From Lingula anatina (taxonomy: Eukaryota > Animalia > Brachiopoda): a DNA stretch of 64,000 nucleotides. Made by a program: the position numbers and the translations under genes. The stretch is from contig CM120640.1 in assembly GCA_051362555.1 (NCBI GenBank), positions 40,960,788 to 41,024,787 on the forward strand, written 5' to 3'. The notes beneath the pieces are model-generated. The model made no database searches. It had not been told where the DNA came from and was given only the letters and a program-made list of their open reading frames with translations. Of this stretch, positions 1 through 15,700 are shown piece after piece; the stretch's first letter is position 1; the number at the start of each line of letters is the position of its first letter.

Positions 1-1185
1 GTCTGTGAAGCCCTGCTGGGCTCTTAACAATAATGCTTGGTTGTGGCCGATTACAAGGGGTTTGATTATTCCAACTATATCCTAAAAACATGCATATAAG
101 ATTAGAATTCTTATGAAAAAATTGGTGTTGATTTTACAGCACAATAACCAAACACAAAAGTGTACGTATGAACTTGCATCTCTATACAACCCATAACCTT
201 TAACAGAGTAATACTTACAGCATTTGGGGTTGGTTTATATGTGAGAGGACCTTCAAGTTGCCACATATCTCCGGCTTTCCTCTCTACACCTCCATCATCA
301 AAGTCCTGTAAAGCTTTGAGTCTTATTGCATGGTTTGCTTTTACCACTGGGAGGGGTTTTATGGCTTGAGAATAACTGGTATCCGAGGCTGAAGTGCCAA
401 AACTACGTGCCCCCTGAAGAACTTCACCAGGATAAAGTGGAAATGGCTCCTGAAATATACAGACAACATGAAAAGGCTGGAAATTGTTAGTGTTGGGGAC
501 AATTTTGTCTCTAGAAATTTGATATAGTTGAAGACCATAGAAAAAAATCACAATTTAAGTCATAGTTTTCCTTTAAAAAGACAGCATAATGAAAAAGATG
601 ACCAAGATCATAAAATGCAATAATAACATTTTTTTCCAGGATACCAATTAGCATTGAAGAAATAATACTTACGCCATGAAACCTGACTTCAAAGTATCCC
701 AGTCTCAATTCACACTTTTTTCCATGGACATAATTGCTGAAAGAAAATATAAGCATATTTCATTTACAACATTTACAAGACTGATTCTTGATACTAAAGT
801 GAAAGCATTACAATTGTATTAAATCTGAAAGTAAATCTTTTTTTAATAAGTTAATATGGCTGTCACATGTCCTGGTATTTTTAGATAATAAATTTCCTTC
901 GTATGTACTTCAGACAAAAAAAAAGTAAAATACCAACAGTATTACTGAAAAGAGGTAGCAAAATATCTTTGATATGCCAGAACATGGTCTTCTTGCAACT
1001 ACTCTTGCAACTTATTGTGACACAAGTAGTCAACTTCACAACAGCTGTAGTGCTGTGTTACCTTGTTATGTGCCTTTCCAAACTGTGTACCAGTAAGTTG
1101 CCAATACAGACAACTTTCAGTAGTTTTTACCTCTGACGTACCTATTTTGGCAACATACATATTTTGGCAAGATACATATAACACA

Positions 1186-1237
<52 letters not shown>

Positions 1238-1790
1238 ATGCATATTTACCTCATTGGATCCTTAATAATGCAATAATGTGCTGGTGGTACAACAATGCAG
1301 GGAAGTGGACCGGCTTGTAATTTTTCATTGGACTGTAACACAACAGTGTTAGGACCCACCTCAAGTTTCGTCACATTAGTATTCTGAAAATACAGACTCA
1401 GTAAATAATTTATTTTATTCAATGGTTAAGATATACAGGCACTAGTAACTGACTATGCAGTTTGAACCCCACCCCCACCCCCCACCCACCCACACACAAA
1501 CCCAAACATAAAATAAATAACAAGTTTTAGATTTTTAACGTTTTTCAAAATTTAGTTATTTTTTAGCTTCTGGATATCAACAAGAAGAAGACATGTTGAA
1601 ATCAAATCCTAAGTAAAAGCACTACATTCTCTCGCCTTAACCGAAATAATCCACTCATGTACTGTACTAGTAGATGTCACTTAATTTCTCACTTAAAATC
1701 TAATAACACGTTATCAATGCTTTGGCAACTTACGAAGTCAATAATATGCACAAAATGATGCGGTGGGAGTCCTATGATATTAGAGCCCAT
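1..1790 (-). CDS. MVP: Major vault protein (divergent MVP-like), 5' part only; coding exons 1790-1734, 1383-1250, 736-673, 449-219, 81-<1
   Basis: Spliced translation MGSNIIGLPPHHFVHIIDF/NTNVTKLEVGPNTVVLQSNEK...VVPPAHYCIIKDP.../EVRFHG/EPFPLYPGEVL...AIRLKALQDFDD...KAGDMWQLEGPLTYKP/DIVGIIKPLVIGHNQALLLRA matches the MVP N-terminal repeats (PFPLYPGE, AGDxWxxEGPxTY). All junctions are GT-AG and phases are consistent. Confidence 0.9.
1189..1232. repeat. (AT)n microsatellite in an MVP intron
   Basis: About 22 perfect AT units seen directly. Confidence 0.95.
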
Positions 1791-2039
1791 TTTGTTCCTC
1801 GCTTACTTTATCTTAAATCTTGAAGTATTTGAAGAGAAACTGAAATGCAAGCAAAGCAAATTCCGATAAAATACACTGTAAATACCCTGCTTGGCCTTGA
1901 CCTATTTTATTCAGTTTACAGGTACTTGTGTGAAAAAAATCAGACTATCCAACTTGACCTATTATCATCCAAGTTAAGGTTATTTTTTCGCTTTTTCAAT
2001 ATTTATATGAACTTATATTCAATATGAAGATTAGAAGCT

Positions 2040-2145
2040 GCAGTACCGTTTGCGCGAGACTTCCGGTGATCAGCCGGCAAGTTCGTTTTGGAATACTACA
2101 AACAAAAACTGAACTGAAATACAACGACATTTTAAAAGTCCAGGT
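2040..2145. promoter_or_regulatory. Putative bidirectional promoter shared by MVP and BUB3
   Basis: Small CpG-containing patch with ETS core ACTTCCGG (2059-2066). Candidate minus-strand donor at ~2046 (acceptor ~1840) and plus-strand donor CAG|GTGAGA at 2143/2144 (acceptor TTTCAG at 2672) define non-coding first exons facing away from each other. Confidence 0.6.
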
Positions 2146-2686
2146 GAGAAATTCGTATTCAGAGTGATAAAAATTCAGATTATGATTTATTTACTATGTT
2201 GGAAAACGCTTAAAGAGCATTTAGAGTGACCGTAAAGAGGCTCATTTGGCCAAGCACGTACTACTTCGTAGCATTTTCATTTGAATCACTGGCAGTCTGA
2301 ATCTGGTAGTAGCAGTATTGGCTCAGTGGCTGTACTGTCACTGGCAGCGTTGCACTGACTCCAGTAACGCTTCTTAACTTATGCAACTGCTCTCATTTAT
2401 TCTGGTGGCATACAATATAGAAATAAAGTGTCAACTTATATGTGAAAATAATTAAAGCTCAAATCCTGCATGTTATTGATCATCTTCATTAGATGGATAT
2501 AAGGTGAAAGATAAATGCGGTCTTATAATTATATTAGGTGATTTTCAAGGATGAGTTTTAACTGACATTTGAGTTTTTCCTTATAGATGTTATATCACTG
2601 AATTTTAGTTAATCATTTACGTAGACTTTACATATCGAGTAAAAAAAAAATCTGATTATAATAACCTTTCAGTCTCGGTGCAGAAA

Positions 2687-4802
2687 ATGATGGCTGGAGA
2701 AACACCAAATGAGTTTAAGCTGAACAATCAGCCCACAGATGGGATTTCTGCTGTGAAGTTTGCTCCTAACAGTTCCCAGTTTCTCCTTGTGTCTTCCTGG
2801 GACTGTGGTGTGAGATTATATGATGTCATTGCCAACAACTTAAGAATGAAATTCTTTCATTCGTCACCAGTTTTGGACTGTTGTTTTCAGGTGAGTTCTT
2901 TTCTTTTGTGTGTTGCTGCATGGATATTTGTTGTGAGTATAACTAGTGTTTAACTTGGTTTGAAACAGGAATTATTAGTACAGTATGTAAATCTGAAAGA
3001 AATCTATGTTGATCTCTTGAGAATTATGGTATGACAGTTTAAAAGTTGATCATCACATTTATTTCTGATTTTGAATTCTATTTTTATAGGATGCAGTTCA
3101 CTCTTATAGTGGTGGATTGGACAATACACTGAAGATGTTTGATTTTAATATGGGAGCAGGTAATGAAATTATTCCTCTGATACTAAGCTATCTGAAATAA
3201 GTAGCTGCAAAAATAATGAGTTATCTCACAGAACCAATCCTAATATTACAAATAAAAGAATCTAATAAAACCCAAGTATTTTCACTGGCATTGGAGAAAG
3301 ACATGTATTCAAGCAATTATATTCATACATTTTAGAAACCCATGTTGGTACCCATGATGCTCCTATCAGAAGTGTGGAGTTTTGTCCTGAGGTCAATGTA
3401 GTCATCACTGGAAGCTGGGACTCCACTGTCAAACTGTGGGACCCAAGAACTCCCTGCAGTGCTGGATCATTCTCCCAGCCAGATAAAGTATGGATAGCAA
3501 TTGTCTATTTATTATTTATTTATTTATGTATAAATATATAAATTAAAATTTTTAAATTAAGTTTTGTCTTCAGGTTATGAGAGTGTGTTCTTCTTGAAAC
3601 TTACATAAAATCACAGGATTGTTGTTTTTTTTTTTTACGAAATCACTGTTATAGCTGTAAAAGTCCACTCTGTTCTTTTTTATGTTTGATTTAAGCTATT
3701 TTTAAATTAAATTCTAAAACCCTGATGTAATTTCTCTATTGGGTTAATTTTGATATAGGTGTATACAATGAGTGTGTCTGGGGACAGACTGCTGGTGGGT
3801 ACAGCAGGCAGAAGGGTGTTGGTATGGGACCTGAGGAACATGGGTTATGTCCAACAGAGGCGAGAGTCCAGTCTCAAATATCAAACCAGATGCATTAGAG
3901 CTTTCCCTAACAAACAGGGCTATGTGCTGAGCTCTATTGAAGGTAAATTGAGATAGTAAAACAGGGAAACTGTGTGCGGCAGTCCACATTTAAATTCATG
4001 TTTACAAATTTTAACAGTTCTTAGTATGGTAGTTTAATTCCATTTTAATTTTCTTTTTTAAGTTTCTTTTAATTTACTTTTTTAAGTTTCTTCCATCAAA
4101 ATACATTTCAAATTTGTTACATTTGACTTACAGGCAGAGTTGCTGTGGAATACCTTGATCCCAGCCCTGAAGTCCAGAAAAAGAAATATGCATTTAAATG
4201 TCATCGTATCAAGGAGGATGGTATTGAGAAGATCTACCCTGTCAATGCTGTAGCCTTTCACAATGCTTACAATACATTTGCCACTGGTGGCTCTGATGGC
4301 TTTGTCAACATCTGGGATGGGTTCAATAAGAAGAGATTATGTCAGTTCCACAGGTGATTTGATGTGCATTTCTGTTTTTTCATACTTCTTAATGCTCCAA
4401 CAGCTGTTTTGTAAGGTAAAGGATATGGTGCCAAAATTTTGGTATACCTGAATTTTTTTCCCCGGTAATAACTTTTTGTTTGAAATGAGCAGATTCATTC
4501 TGATGTTATGAATTTAATCCACCATTAACCCAGATTTTGGTATCTTTGGAAAAAGTTACAGAATTGAACTTAGACAGAAAATTAACACAGGAATGTTTTG
4601 TAGGATAAATGAGATTAAAATTTGAGGTATGTTATTACTTTTCAGGTACCCAAGCAGCATAGCATCCCTGGCATTCAGTCACGATGGCACAGTGTTAGCC
4701 ATAGCCTCTTCTTACATGTATGAGCAGGATGAAATTGAAAATATTCCAGAAGATTCTGTATTTATACGGAATGTAACTGATCAAGAAACCAAGCCTAAAT
4801 AA
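2687..4802 (+). CDS. BUB3: Mitotic checkpoint protein BUB3 (WD40); exons 2687-2890, 3090-3159, 3336-3487, 3759-3942, 4134-4353, 4646-4802
   Basis: Diagnostic stretches [101 protein letters not shown], ending [13 protein letters not shown] introns in phase. Confidence 0.97.
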
Positions 4803-6296
4803 ACAGTGCAGCATGTAACTGATCAAATTACCAGACTTAAGCAAATAATTAAGGAGATACGAACTTGCATGTTGACAGAATATGGTTGCATATGATATGC
4901 ATTGTGTGATTGTGAATGTAAGAGTGTGAACATTCTAAGACTAAGAACATGAAAAATGGTCTGTTTTTTTATTAATTTTTTTTACTAATAAGGCATGATG
5001 TAAACCTATTTTAAAACTAAATGTTTAGCACTTAAAATATTGACAAAAAATATCAATAATGTATAATAAAAGTATATTTCAAATTTTATCAGAAATTTGT
5101 AGTTGCGACACAAGATCAGATATAGGGATAAGCATTGCCCTGTACAACACCTTCATGATTTGGAGACTTTACTTTGGTCTAACTTCATCACCTTTCTCAG
5201 AAAGAATGTTTTCCTGTTGTTCAGGACAGTCCCGTCAATTTTTTTTTCTATTTTGGGTCTTATTTTTATTATTATTTAACATTTTAAATTCTTGAATAAT
5301 TATTTAATCACAACTTCAAAATTAAAAAAAAACTATGAACCTAGGCACTTTCTCTATAAGCTTGTTTATGGTTCACTATTAACAATGTAGATTTTTAACA
5401 GATGTCAACTTTTGTTATTAAGGAGTAACTGATTTTCCCCACCTGTAACCCCTGAGAAATAATGTTCTCATTCTTCCTGTCACACCTCAAAAACTATTAA
5501 ATTCTGTCTGTGCCACCCCAAGGCAATGTGGTTGCACTACTTGCATTCTCATTCCAAGATGTAACACAAAGATGAGATTTTAAAGATAAGTAATTATTTT
5601 GCTCATAAGGAATGACTCATAGCCAAAAATAAAGAAATGTATGTTTACTCACAAAAATAATGATTTGACTAAAAGATTGATTGGCATTACTCTTCACAGT
5701 TGGTTTAAAGCAATAATAACTCTTTGTTTCGGCCAAAAAATGAATTTTCCTGGAGTAAACAACAATTTTCCCATACTTACCAATGGTTAATGAATCCATT
5801 TTTACATTCAAAGTTAGTCCCTGGTTTTTTTCTAAAAAGTTTGGTTTTTTGTTAAAATCTCTTAAGAGATTTTAACAGAGTATAGCCATCAATGGAGGTC
5901 ACGTGGTCTAAAGACAAGTTCAGATATCAGAATAAAAGCTATAACTGCTGTTTTTGTGGTAAAACAGAATAAATTATATTTCTATGAGTTATTCACAAGG
6001 TTTTTATTGTGAAATATAGATCTCATACGAAGAGTTATTATCCCTTTAATTATCTTTATGAAACCTAAAGAGTGCATGATGGTAGATAATCTTCAATAAG
6101 CCTTGCTCCAACCAATCTATTTTAGTGCAGTGGTCACATAAAAGGAAATAATCCTTAGCAAATTGTCATTCAATATAACTGGCATATGAAATGCTAACAA
6201 ATGACTTTTTTATGAAAATACATTTTACACGTATGCTGTATAATGAAATCAAAGTGGAATTTCAATTTATCAAAAATCACAACTTTGAAATTGTCA

Positions 6297-8690
<2,394 letters not shown>

Positions 8691-9779
8691 GTTGTTTATC
8701 GTATCCTCGCACATTCATATCTCCAAATGCAGAAAAGTATCAAGACAACTGCCGACGAAAAAATTACTGATTAACATTTAGGCTATGAACCACTTCTGAA
8801 AAAGCCATTCACCCCCTCCATTTTAATATTTAGTTCTTAGAAATGTTTTCAATGCTTCAGCAAGTGAAATGCATCAGGTGTTTTTTTTTTTTATGAACAA
8901 TTCTAACTTCACTATGAGGTGCTGCCATCGCGCGGTTGAGACAAACACTAAAGCAGAGATTGGGGTCATTCATCTTCTGTCAACAAGAAAGTAACTATGG
9001 CATGCAAACTAAGACATCAATTTCTGAAATTTTTCACACACTTTAAAAAAAATCGATTTTTTTAATTTTGACAGAAGTGATGTATATACATGTATGATAA
9101 ATTAAAACTTAAGTTGTGAGTTTTGTCCAATTTTAGCTCATATGTTGTTTTACATCAAATTATGTATAATGCTTAGTAGTTAGAAGTTATGATATTTTTG
9201 AAAAATTCAATACAAAACAGTTTCAAAGATAGGTTACCTTAACAAAGAGTGCCCATCTTAACATTTTCAACTAAAAAAGTGGGACAAAGCTGATGTAACG
9301 CGAGTACTTAATTGTAGTGGTGCAGATATTTTTCTGTATTACTTTTTTTTTTCAATTATTTTAAAGTAAAATTAACTTATATTCAATTAAGTTTTTACAA
9401 TATTTGAGCACTGCAATAAAATCCTGTAGTCTTTACAAAACCAACCATACCATAGAAAACTTTTTTTTGCATTTTTCCAAGTCAATTCTTCAACTACTCT
9501 TCAAACCATGAGATTTTATTTCTGATTCTTTGTTAATTTCAATAATAAAGATTAAAGCAATAAAATGCTTAGCCTTGTTCACGGTGCACATTAAGACCAT
9601 GGAATACTAAATGTTACTTACTTAATGGTTCTTTTATTTGTGTCAAGTAACAACCACATAACAAAGACAAATAATTATGAGAGGGTTACAATAGGCACAG
9701 GTTTAATTTTAAGCTGCATCATCTAAGGCAGTTAATATCCCATGCCCAAACTATCTGCACTTAAAAAATCCTCAGCACA

Positions 9780-12244
9780 TCAGGACTTTTCTTCCCATTG
9801 CCATATCTTAACATCTCCATCATCACTACAAGATGCTAAAAGTCCTGGAATTTTTGGATTCCATGAAATACTATTCACATCCTGACTGTGGGCTTTGTTT
9901 ACTGTCACTGCTAAATTGAAACTTGGCTGGTGTTTATCTGAATTTGGCTCCTCCTGAAACACCCGTATTGCATCATCCCCACATGCTGTGGCTACCAGAC
10001 CTGTTTGATGGCACCTGGGAAAAAAAAAGAATAGCATCTTTTTTATTTTTTAAATAAAGAAAAACTCGTAGTGAAGATTCTTCCCTTGTCTCATTAATTT
10101 TTTGCTTCCAATGCATAGTACTTGTGTAGACTTCGATACATTCATCTATCCAGGTGAACAACCCTATGAGTTCATTTAACCCTTAATTTCTCTGGTCTCT
10201 GACAGGTTTTAAATATTTATGTCCAGAGAAATTGAAGGTAAATATTAACACAAGAATGGATTATTCTGGTAGTTTTCAGACCTATAAATTTTGTAAAATT
10301 GTTGATCTGAGTAGGAAACTTCTGAACTTACCAACAGACATCATAAATGGTCCTGCTGTGATATCCTGACAATGTGCACACACACTTCCACTTGGGATCT
10401 GATCCAGATGTAGCAACACCTGGAATACAGTATAATATTTTCAAAAATGAAAAAAATATTGATATAAATATATTACTCACAGTGTTATTTTATAGATGAA
10501 TGAAAGTTGAATTTTTTAAACATAAATTCATCATTTTTCTTTATTTTCTAAATAGAGATGTTAACAAAGACCCACAATTTCAGCAGTTTCCCAGCTGAAT
10601 AAAGAGATGCAATTAAAAAAGCAAACCACAGTTTTAACTCTACTACATTTCTGGTCAACTTAAAATGAGAGATGTAAGCAAAGTATACAAAATATACAAA
10701 GAATTTTATAACCCAGATTAAAATTCCCTTTAAATAGATTCAATAAAAATAGGCATGGAAACAGAAACTAAAAATTTATGTACATTAACCTTGAGGGTTG
10801 CCTGGCAAATATTCCTGCCAAAACTTGACTGTTTTATCATCACTACAGGACACCAATCTCTCTCCTGTTTTGTCAAAGCTCAGGCTCCAAACTGTAGAAT
10901 CATGGGAATCTATTAAAAGAATGAATTTTGTATGTATTTTTACTACATCTCCAATATGATTATATTCATTGACCAATTTACTTATCTATAAAAAATGTAA
11001 TTGATGAATCTTATTAAGCGTTTAAGAAAGTGTAAAATTTTTTACCTGTATTCAATAAAATCACGAATTAAATAATACGATGTCATATAAACAGTTTTAA
11101 TGTACATGTACCAGGAGACAGGGGATACCTAAAGTGTCAAAGCAAGTCCAGTCATCCTCTTCTTCCTTGAAAAATTTAATGGTATCATCATAACTAGCAG
11201 AGGCTAAAATATCCTTGTGTGGATGCCAAGTGACAAACTTCACATCCTGGGAGTGAGCACTCAGGACACTTGCACACTCAAATTCTTCATCATCATCAAC
11301 TGGAAGGAAAGAAATTATATATGAAAACCAAACACAAAGTTTTAAATTATTTCAAATCAGAAAAGAATGGATTGTGTTGCTTTTATTTCTCTATTGTGTT
11401 ATTTCTCTACATGAACCAACTTGCTACTGTACCATATATACTACCCAGTAGTAACTTACATTCCCATATCCAAACACTTTTGTCTCGGCTACATGTGGCC
11501 ATCAAGTGACCACTGGCTGACCATGCCACTCGCTTCACTTCATTCTCATGTCCCTCCAAAGTGGCCATACACTCAAAGTCCCCCTGTCGCTTGTCCCATA
11601 TACAGACTGTGGCATCAAAGCTGCAAGAAGCCAGGAAGTTACCACATGGTGACCAAGCAACTGACCGTATCGTTCGCTGGTGACCGTCCTGAAGTACTGT
11701 TTTACACACCCATTTGTCTCCTACAGAACGAAAGTAACCAATTTTTCATGGGAAACAGAAGAAATGTGTCTTAATTACAAAAGCCATTGGGAGGTTAAGA
11801 AATAAGAAATAAAGTTTTAACAATTTTCCTCTGGACTTCATATTTTACATTGATGCTTTTTCACTGATGTACTGGTCAACGTAGATAAGAATGATAGGCA
11901 AAGTATAAGTGAACATTAAAATATCACACACAAATATAAGGCGTGTATAAACCGATCCAAATATAGACTATGAGATTTAACGTTACATGTCACTACTCGT
12001 AGTACTCAGAAATACATGTACACACACACTGTAACATTAGATTATATAGGAAATGTGTCATTTTGAACACAATAAAATTCAATTAAACACAGAACTTTAA
12101 CGGACCTTCCTTGCCCCATATGCGCACTGCTTTATCACCTCCACATGATGCCAGTAAGGTACCCGTAGGGTTCCATGCTACGTTCCAGGCGCGGTCTAAA
12201 TGTCCCTGTAGAGTGCAAACAAGATTTAGCATGGCTTCAGTCAT
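9780..12244 (-). CDS. CIAO1: Cytosolic iron-sulfur assembly component CIAO1 (WD40); exons 12244-12106, 11720-11460, 11299-11129, 10909-10790, 10419-10332, 10014-9780
   Basis: [119 protein letters not shown] are characteristic of Cia1/CIAO1. GT-AG introns in phase. Confidence 0.95.
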
Positions 12245-12740
12245 GCTTATCTTGTCTACCGGAAATAGTAATAGAGCGACACCTTTTGGTCAATATTGTA
12301 AGCGGAGTGATATTTATAAATAATTATCTCCTTACAAGTAAAAAATTATTCCAAAATTTATCACATATTTATGTAAGAATATAGATTTATGTACATTTGA
12401 ATAGCAATATTTTGAAAACAACCTAATTTTGGAAAATACTACCAATTGCTCTTTTTGTTTGCGGATGGATACTGTAAACAGTGACGTGATACGGCGTATC
12501 CATGAGATTCTAAACAGTATGGAGGACGAGTGTCACTGAAATTTATTGCAGGTTATTGGAGATATTAAGGTTAGTACTTAATCTTGTTTTTTGCGCACGT
12601 TATAATGCAGCTTACATTTGTTTTTGTTGTTGTATTCCTTTTTTTACGTAAACAGACCTTTTGTCATTCTTGTTAATAAAATGGTATGGCGGTCATTGTA
12701 AAAAATCACCAGTAAGTTTTTATTTTGCACTTGCAGATAG
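12245..12740. promoter_or_regulatory. Divergent promoter region of CIAO1 and CFAP206 with forkhead and X-box-like motifs
   Basis: About 500 bp between opposing start codons. TGTAAACA at 12473-12480, inverted X-box-like half sites ATGGATAC (12465-12472) and GTATCCAT (12496-12503), local CpGs, acceptor TTGCAG at 12736 just before the CFAP206 ATG. Confidence 0.5.
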
Positions 12741-12744
12741 AAAA

Positions 12745-15700
12745 ATGTCTCGAGCACAAGCAGAAAGTGTCATAAAAAACATCATCAGAGAGATAGCACA
12801 TGAATGTGCCAGCAAAGGACAAGCTGTTTCTGAGACTCTGGTAGCGTTTATGGTAAGTTGAACAGTGTAAAGTCAAGTGTTTTCGTACATGTTTAGCATG
12901 TACTCAGTATGTGTACTGGTAAAAACTCAATACATGTACATACATGTACAACCAACCTATATTTTTATGTGAATAAATAATGCTTTTTATAAATATTTAT
13001 TTCTTTTTTGTTTGTGTGATAAACAATTCTTAGAGCTGATAACTACCTTTAATTCTGATCATCAAAACTGGGCAAGGAGAATAATAATGATATGAAATTT
13101 TCAATTTCAACTCGATTTATCATCTGATTTCTTTCTCAGGTGAAGGCTGTTGTGCTGGATCCAACCAATGAGTTCAATGTGGACAGGACTTTAACTAAAG
13201 ATGATGTTCAAAAGCTGATTAAGGTATTCAAGATATTTATAACATATGATCAGCTACTGGTATGTTAAACTTGTAAAATTTTGACTAATGGGATATATCC
13301 AGGAAATATATTATTGTAATGTGTTGTTGTTTGGATACTTCCTTAAGTGAAGAAAATAAACATTAGTTTATTCTCTTTTTAGATTTATTATGAAATAAAG
13401 ATATTTAAGGAATATTTACATGAAACGATTAAATGTTTAATATTGTTATGTCATAGTTTTCTTTTTTTCCTCAATTTCAGCTATGTGTGGACAGGCTGCT
13501 GGATGGCAGGTCCCCATCCCTGGACACTGTCAAGATGCAGGTCTATTTTGACATGAACTACACCACCAGAGGTGAGACATAGTGTTCTACTAATAGTGTT
13601 CTGCTGTGATGTAATGACCTTGGGTCCTCCTTGATAACTGAATATTTTTTCAGATGTGCAAGGGAAACTTTTTGTCAGGTTGCAAAAATTCAAAAATTGT
13701 TTACATAACTATCTCTGTCGGAAATCTTTTTCAATTATTAAGGGAAATCTTTATAAAATCGAAGAAGTTTCTTTCAAATAATTGTCAACCTAAACATCTC
13801 CTATATAGCTATTTAATTTTAAAGTAATCAAGGAAACTTCTCAGCAAATTACAGATATTTCAATACATATCTACAATTTATTTTATTTCAGCTGACTTTT
13901 TGGATGAACACAGAAGAGTTCTGGAGTCCAGACTTCAGCCTGTGATCCGTGAGATCACAGACAGTCGTGCCAGGACCAGAGAGGAGCTAGAATCTCTGTA
14001 CAGGAAGATTGTGTCAGCAGTTCTCCTCAGGTCTGGCCTAGGTAGCCCCACAGATATTGCAGTAGTCAGAGAGGCAACAGGTTGGTTATAGCTTTTATTG
14101 TGTAAAATTTTTGCATTTGAAAATCATTTTCTTGAACCTGTTCAGTACTGTGATCACTTGCAAGAAAACAATACTACTTAATTATGTGCACATGGTGCAT
14201 AATAAGATAATGTAATTACCAGGGTTCTTTTCCCCTTGGCATTAGAAAAAAAATTATTGCAAATAAGGATTTGTAATCAAAATTATTGCAAATAAGGATT
14301 TGTAATCAAAAGTGAAGGATAAGTATCAACTTTTTGTTATTTGTCAATCACAGTCCATGTTGACCACGGGTGATTGTCTTCTATTTCAGCTGCACTGCAG
14401 AGTGTTTTCCCACAGACTGAGCTGGGCACTTTCATGTCCCTCACCAAGAGAGATAAAGAGAGGCAACTTCAGGAGTTGACCATGATAGTGACTGGTATAA
14501 GGCTGTTTAACAAGGAGTGTGGCAAGGGAGGAGAGGGCATTGATGATTGTGAGTGTGCTTGGCACAGCTTTTGTAAAATTAGCTTTTATTACTGTACATT
14601 GTTATAAGTGTAATTAAATAAAAGATCTTTGTAAATGTGCAAAATTGAACAGCATTTTCTAGAATAATTACCTTGGCGCAAATAAGTCACCATAAATAAG
14701 TGAGAAGTAAAGCTTGTCAAGAATTTAGAAAGCCTGTGTTTTATTTGATTTTTTTTTAAAGTTTGTATATAACCAGTAAACCTGTTTTTTCAGTGCCTGC
14801 AATTTTGAATGAAGCCATTCCAGCCACTACACAGAATGTGGATGCTGAGATACAGCAAACTGCAGTCACTGCTTTCAAATACACAGGTAAGCATCAAGAC
14901 AATTCTTCTTATAATTATTATTATAATTAGTAGTAATATTAGTTGTACTTATAGTAACTATTTGGGAATATTGTACTCAGTGGTTTGTTATAGATTATCC
15001 TATTTTGCTTCAGTTTAGAAGTTGGAATTGTGTTAAGGTGTCAGATTGAAGTCATTGCAGTTGCTGTGCTCTTAAATGTGATTGCATTTTCGTCTAAAGA
15101 TATGCAGTTAAATGAGCTTGTATTTATGTTTCAAGTCAGTCTTTTAATTTTCATGAAAATTTAAAAGGTGTTTTGTATTACAAAAACTTCATCATTATTT
15201 ATTTTAGGCCTGATTGAGAAACTTCAGAGTGGTGAGAATAGAGAAGGACTCTCACTGCAACTACTGAAGGAAGCCCTGATTAACAGCAGGCAACATGAAG
15301 CTTTCCTGAGGGTCATCCTTGTAAGATATTGCAAAAAAAAAGTTACTATATTTTTGAGAGATAATGATCTTCAGTGGTGTAGCTTTGGTGAAGAATTGTG
15401 AAGTCACAACTAATTATGACAGGGGAATTTAATATGCCTGGTAAAAAAAGAAAAAGAGAGAAAAAAGTTGCATTTTTATGGCCTGGAAGCTATTGGCAAT
15501 TTGCTGTCATCCATGTCCTGCCATCTTTTTTATTAAGTGTTCAAGATTTTTATATTTAATATGCATGCTTTTTTCTTTGACCCAAAAACTATGAAACAAA
15601 TTCATAAAATATTTCGTTTAAGTTTGTACTAGCATTTAGGTTTTACAGTATGATTTCTTTCCTGAAAATTATTTATTTTTAAACTAGAGATCAAAAGGTC

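Noticed and set aside
2319-2329. Perfect Pol III A box TGGCTCAGTGG near the MVP gene, a possible vault RNA
   Set aside because: No B box, terminal stem or T-run terminator at a suitable distance; it lies in the BUB3 5' intron.
5130-5560. Minus-strand fragments such as GVVQGNAYP, vaguely like a reverse transcriptase motif
   Set aside because: Multiple stops and no other RT motifs; too weak to call.
10910-11128. CIAO1 intron with donor GTATCCCC resembling a U12 5' splice site
   Set aside because: Deviates from GTATCCTT and lacks a properly spaced TCCTTAAC branch site; treated as U2.
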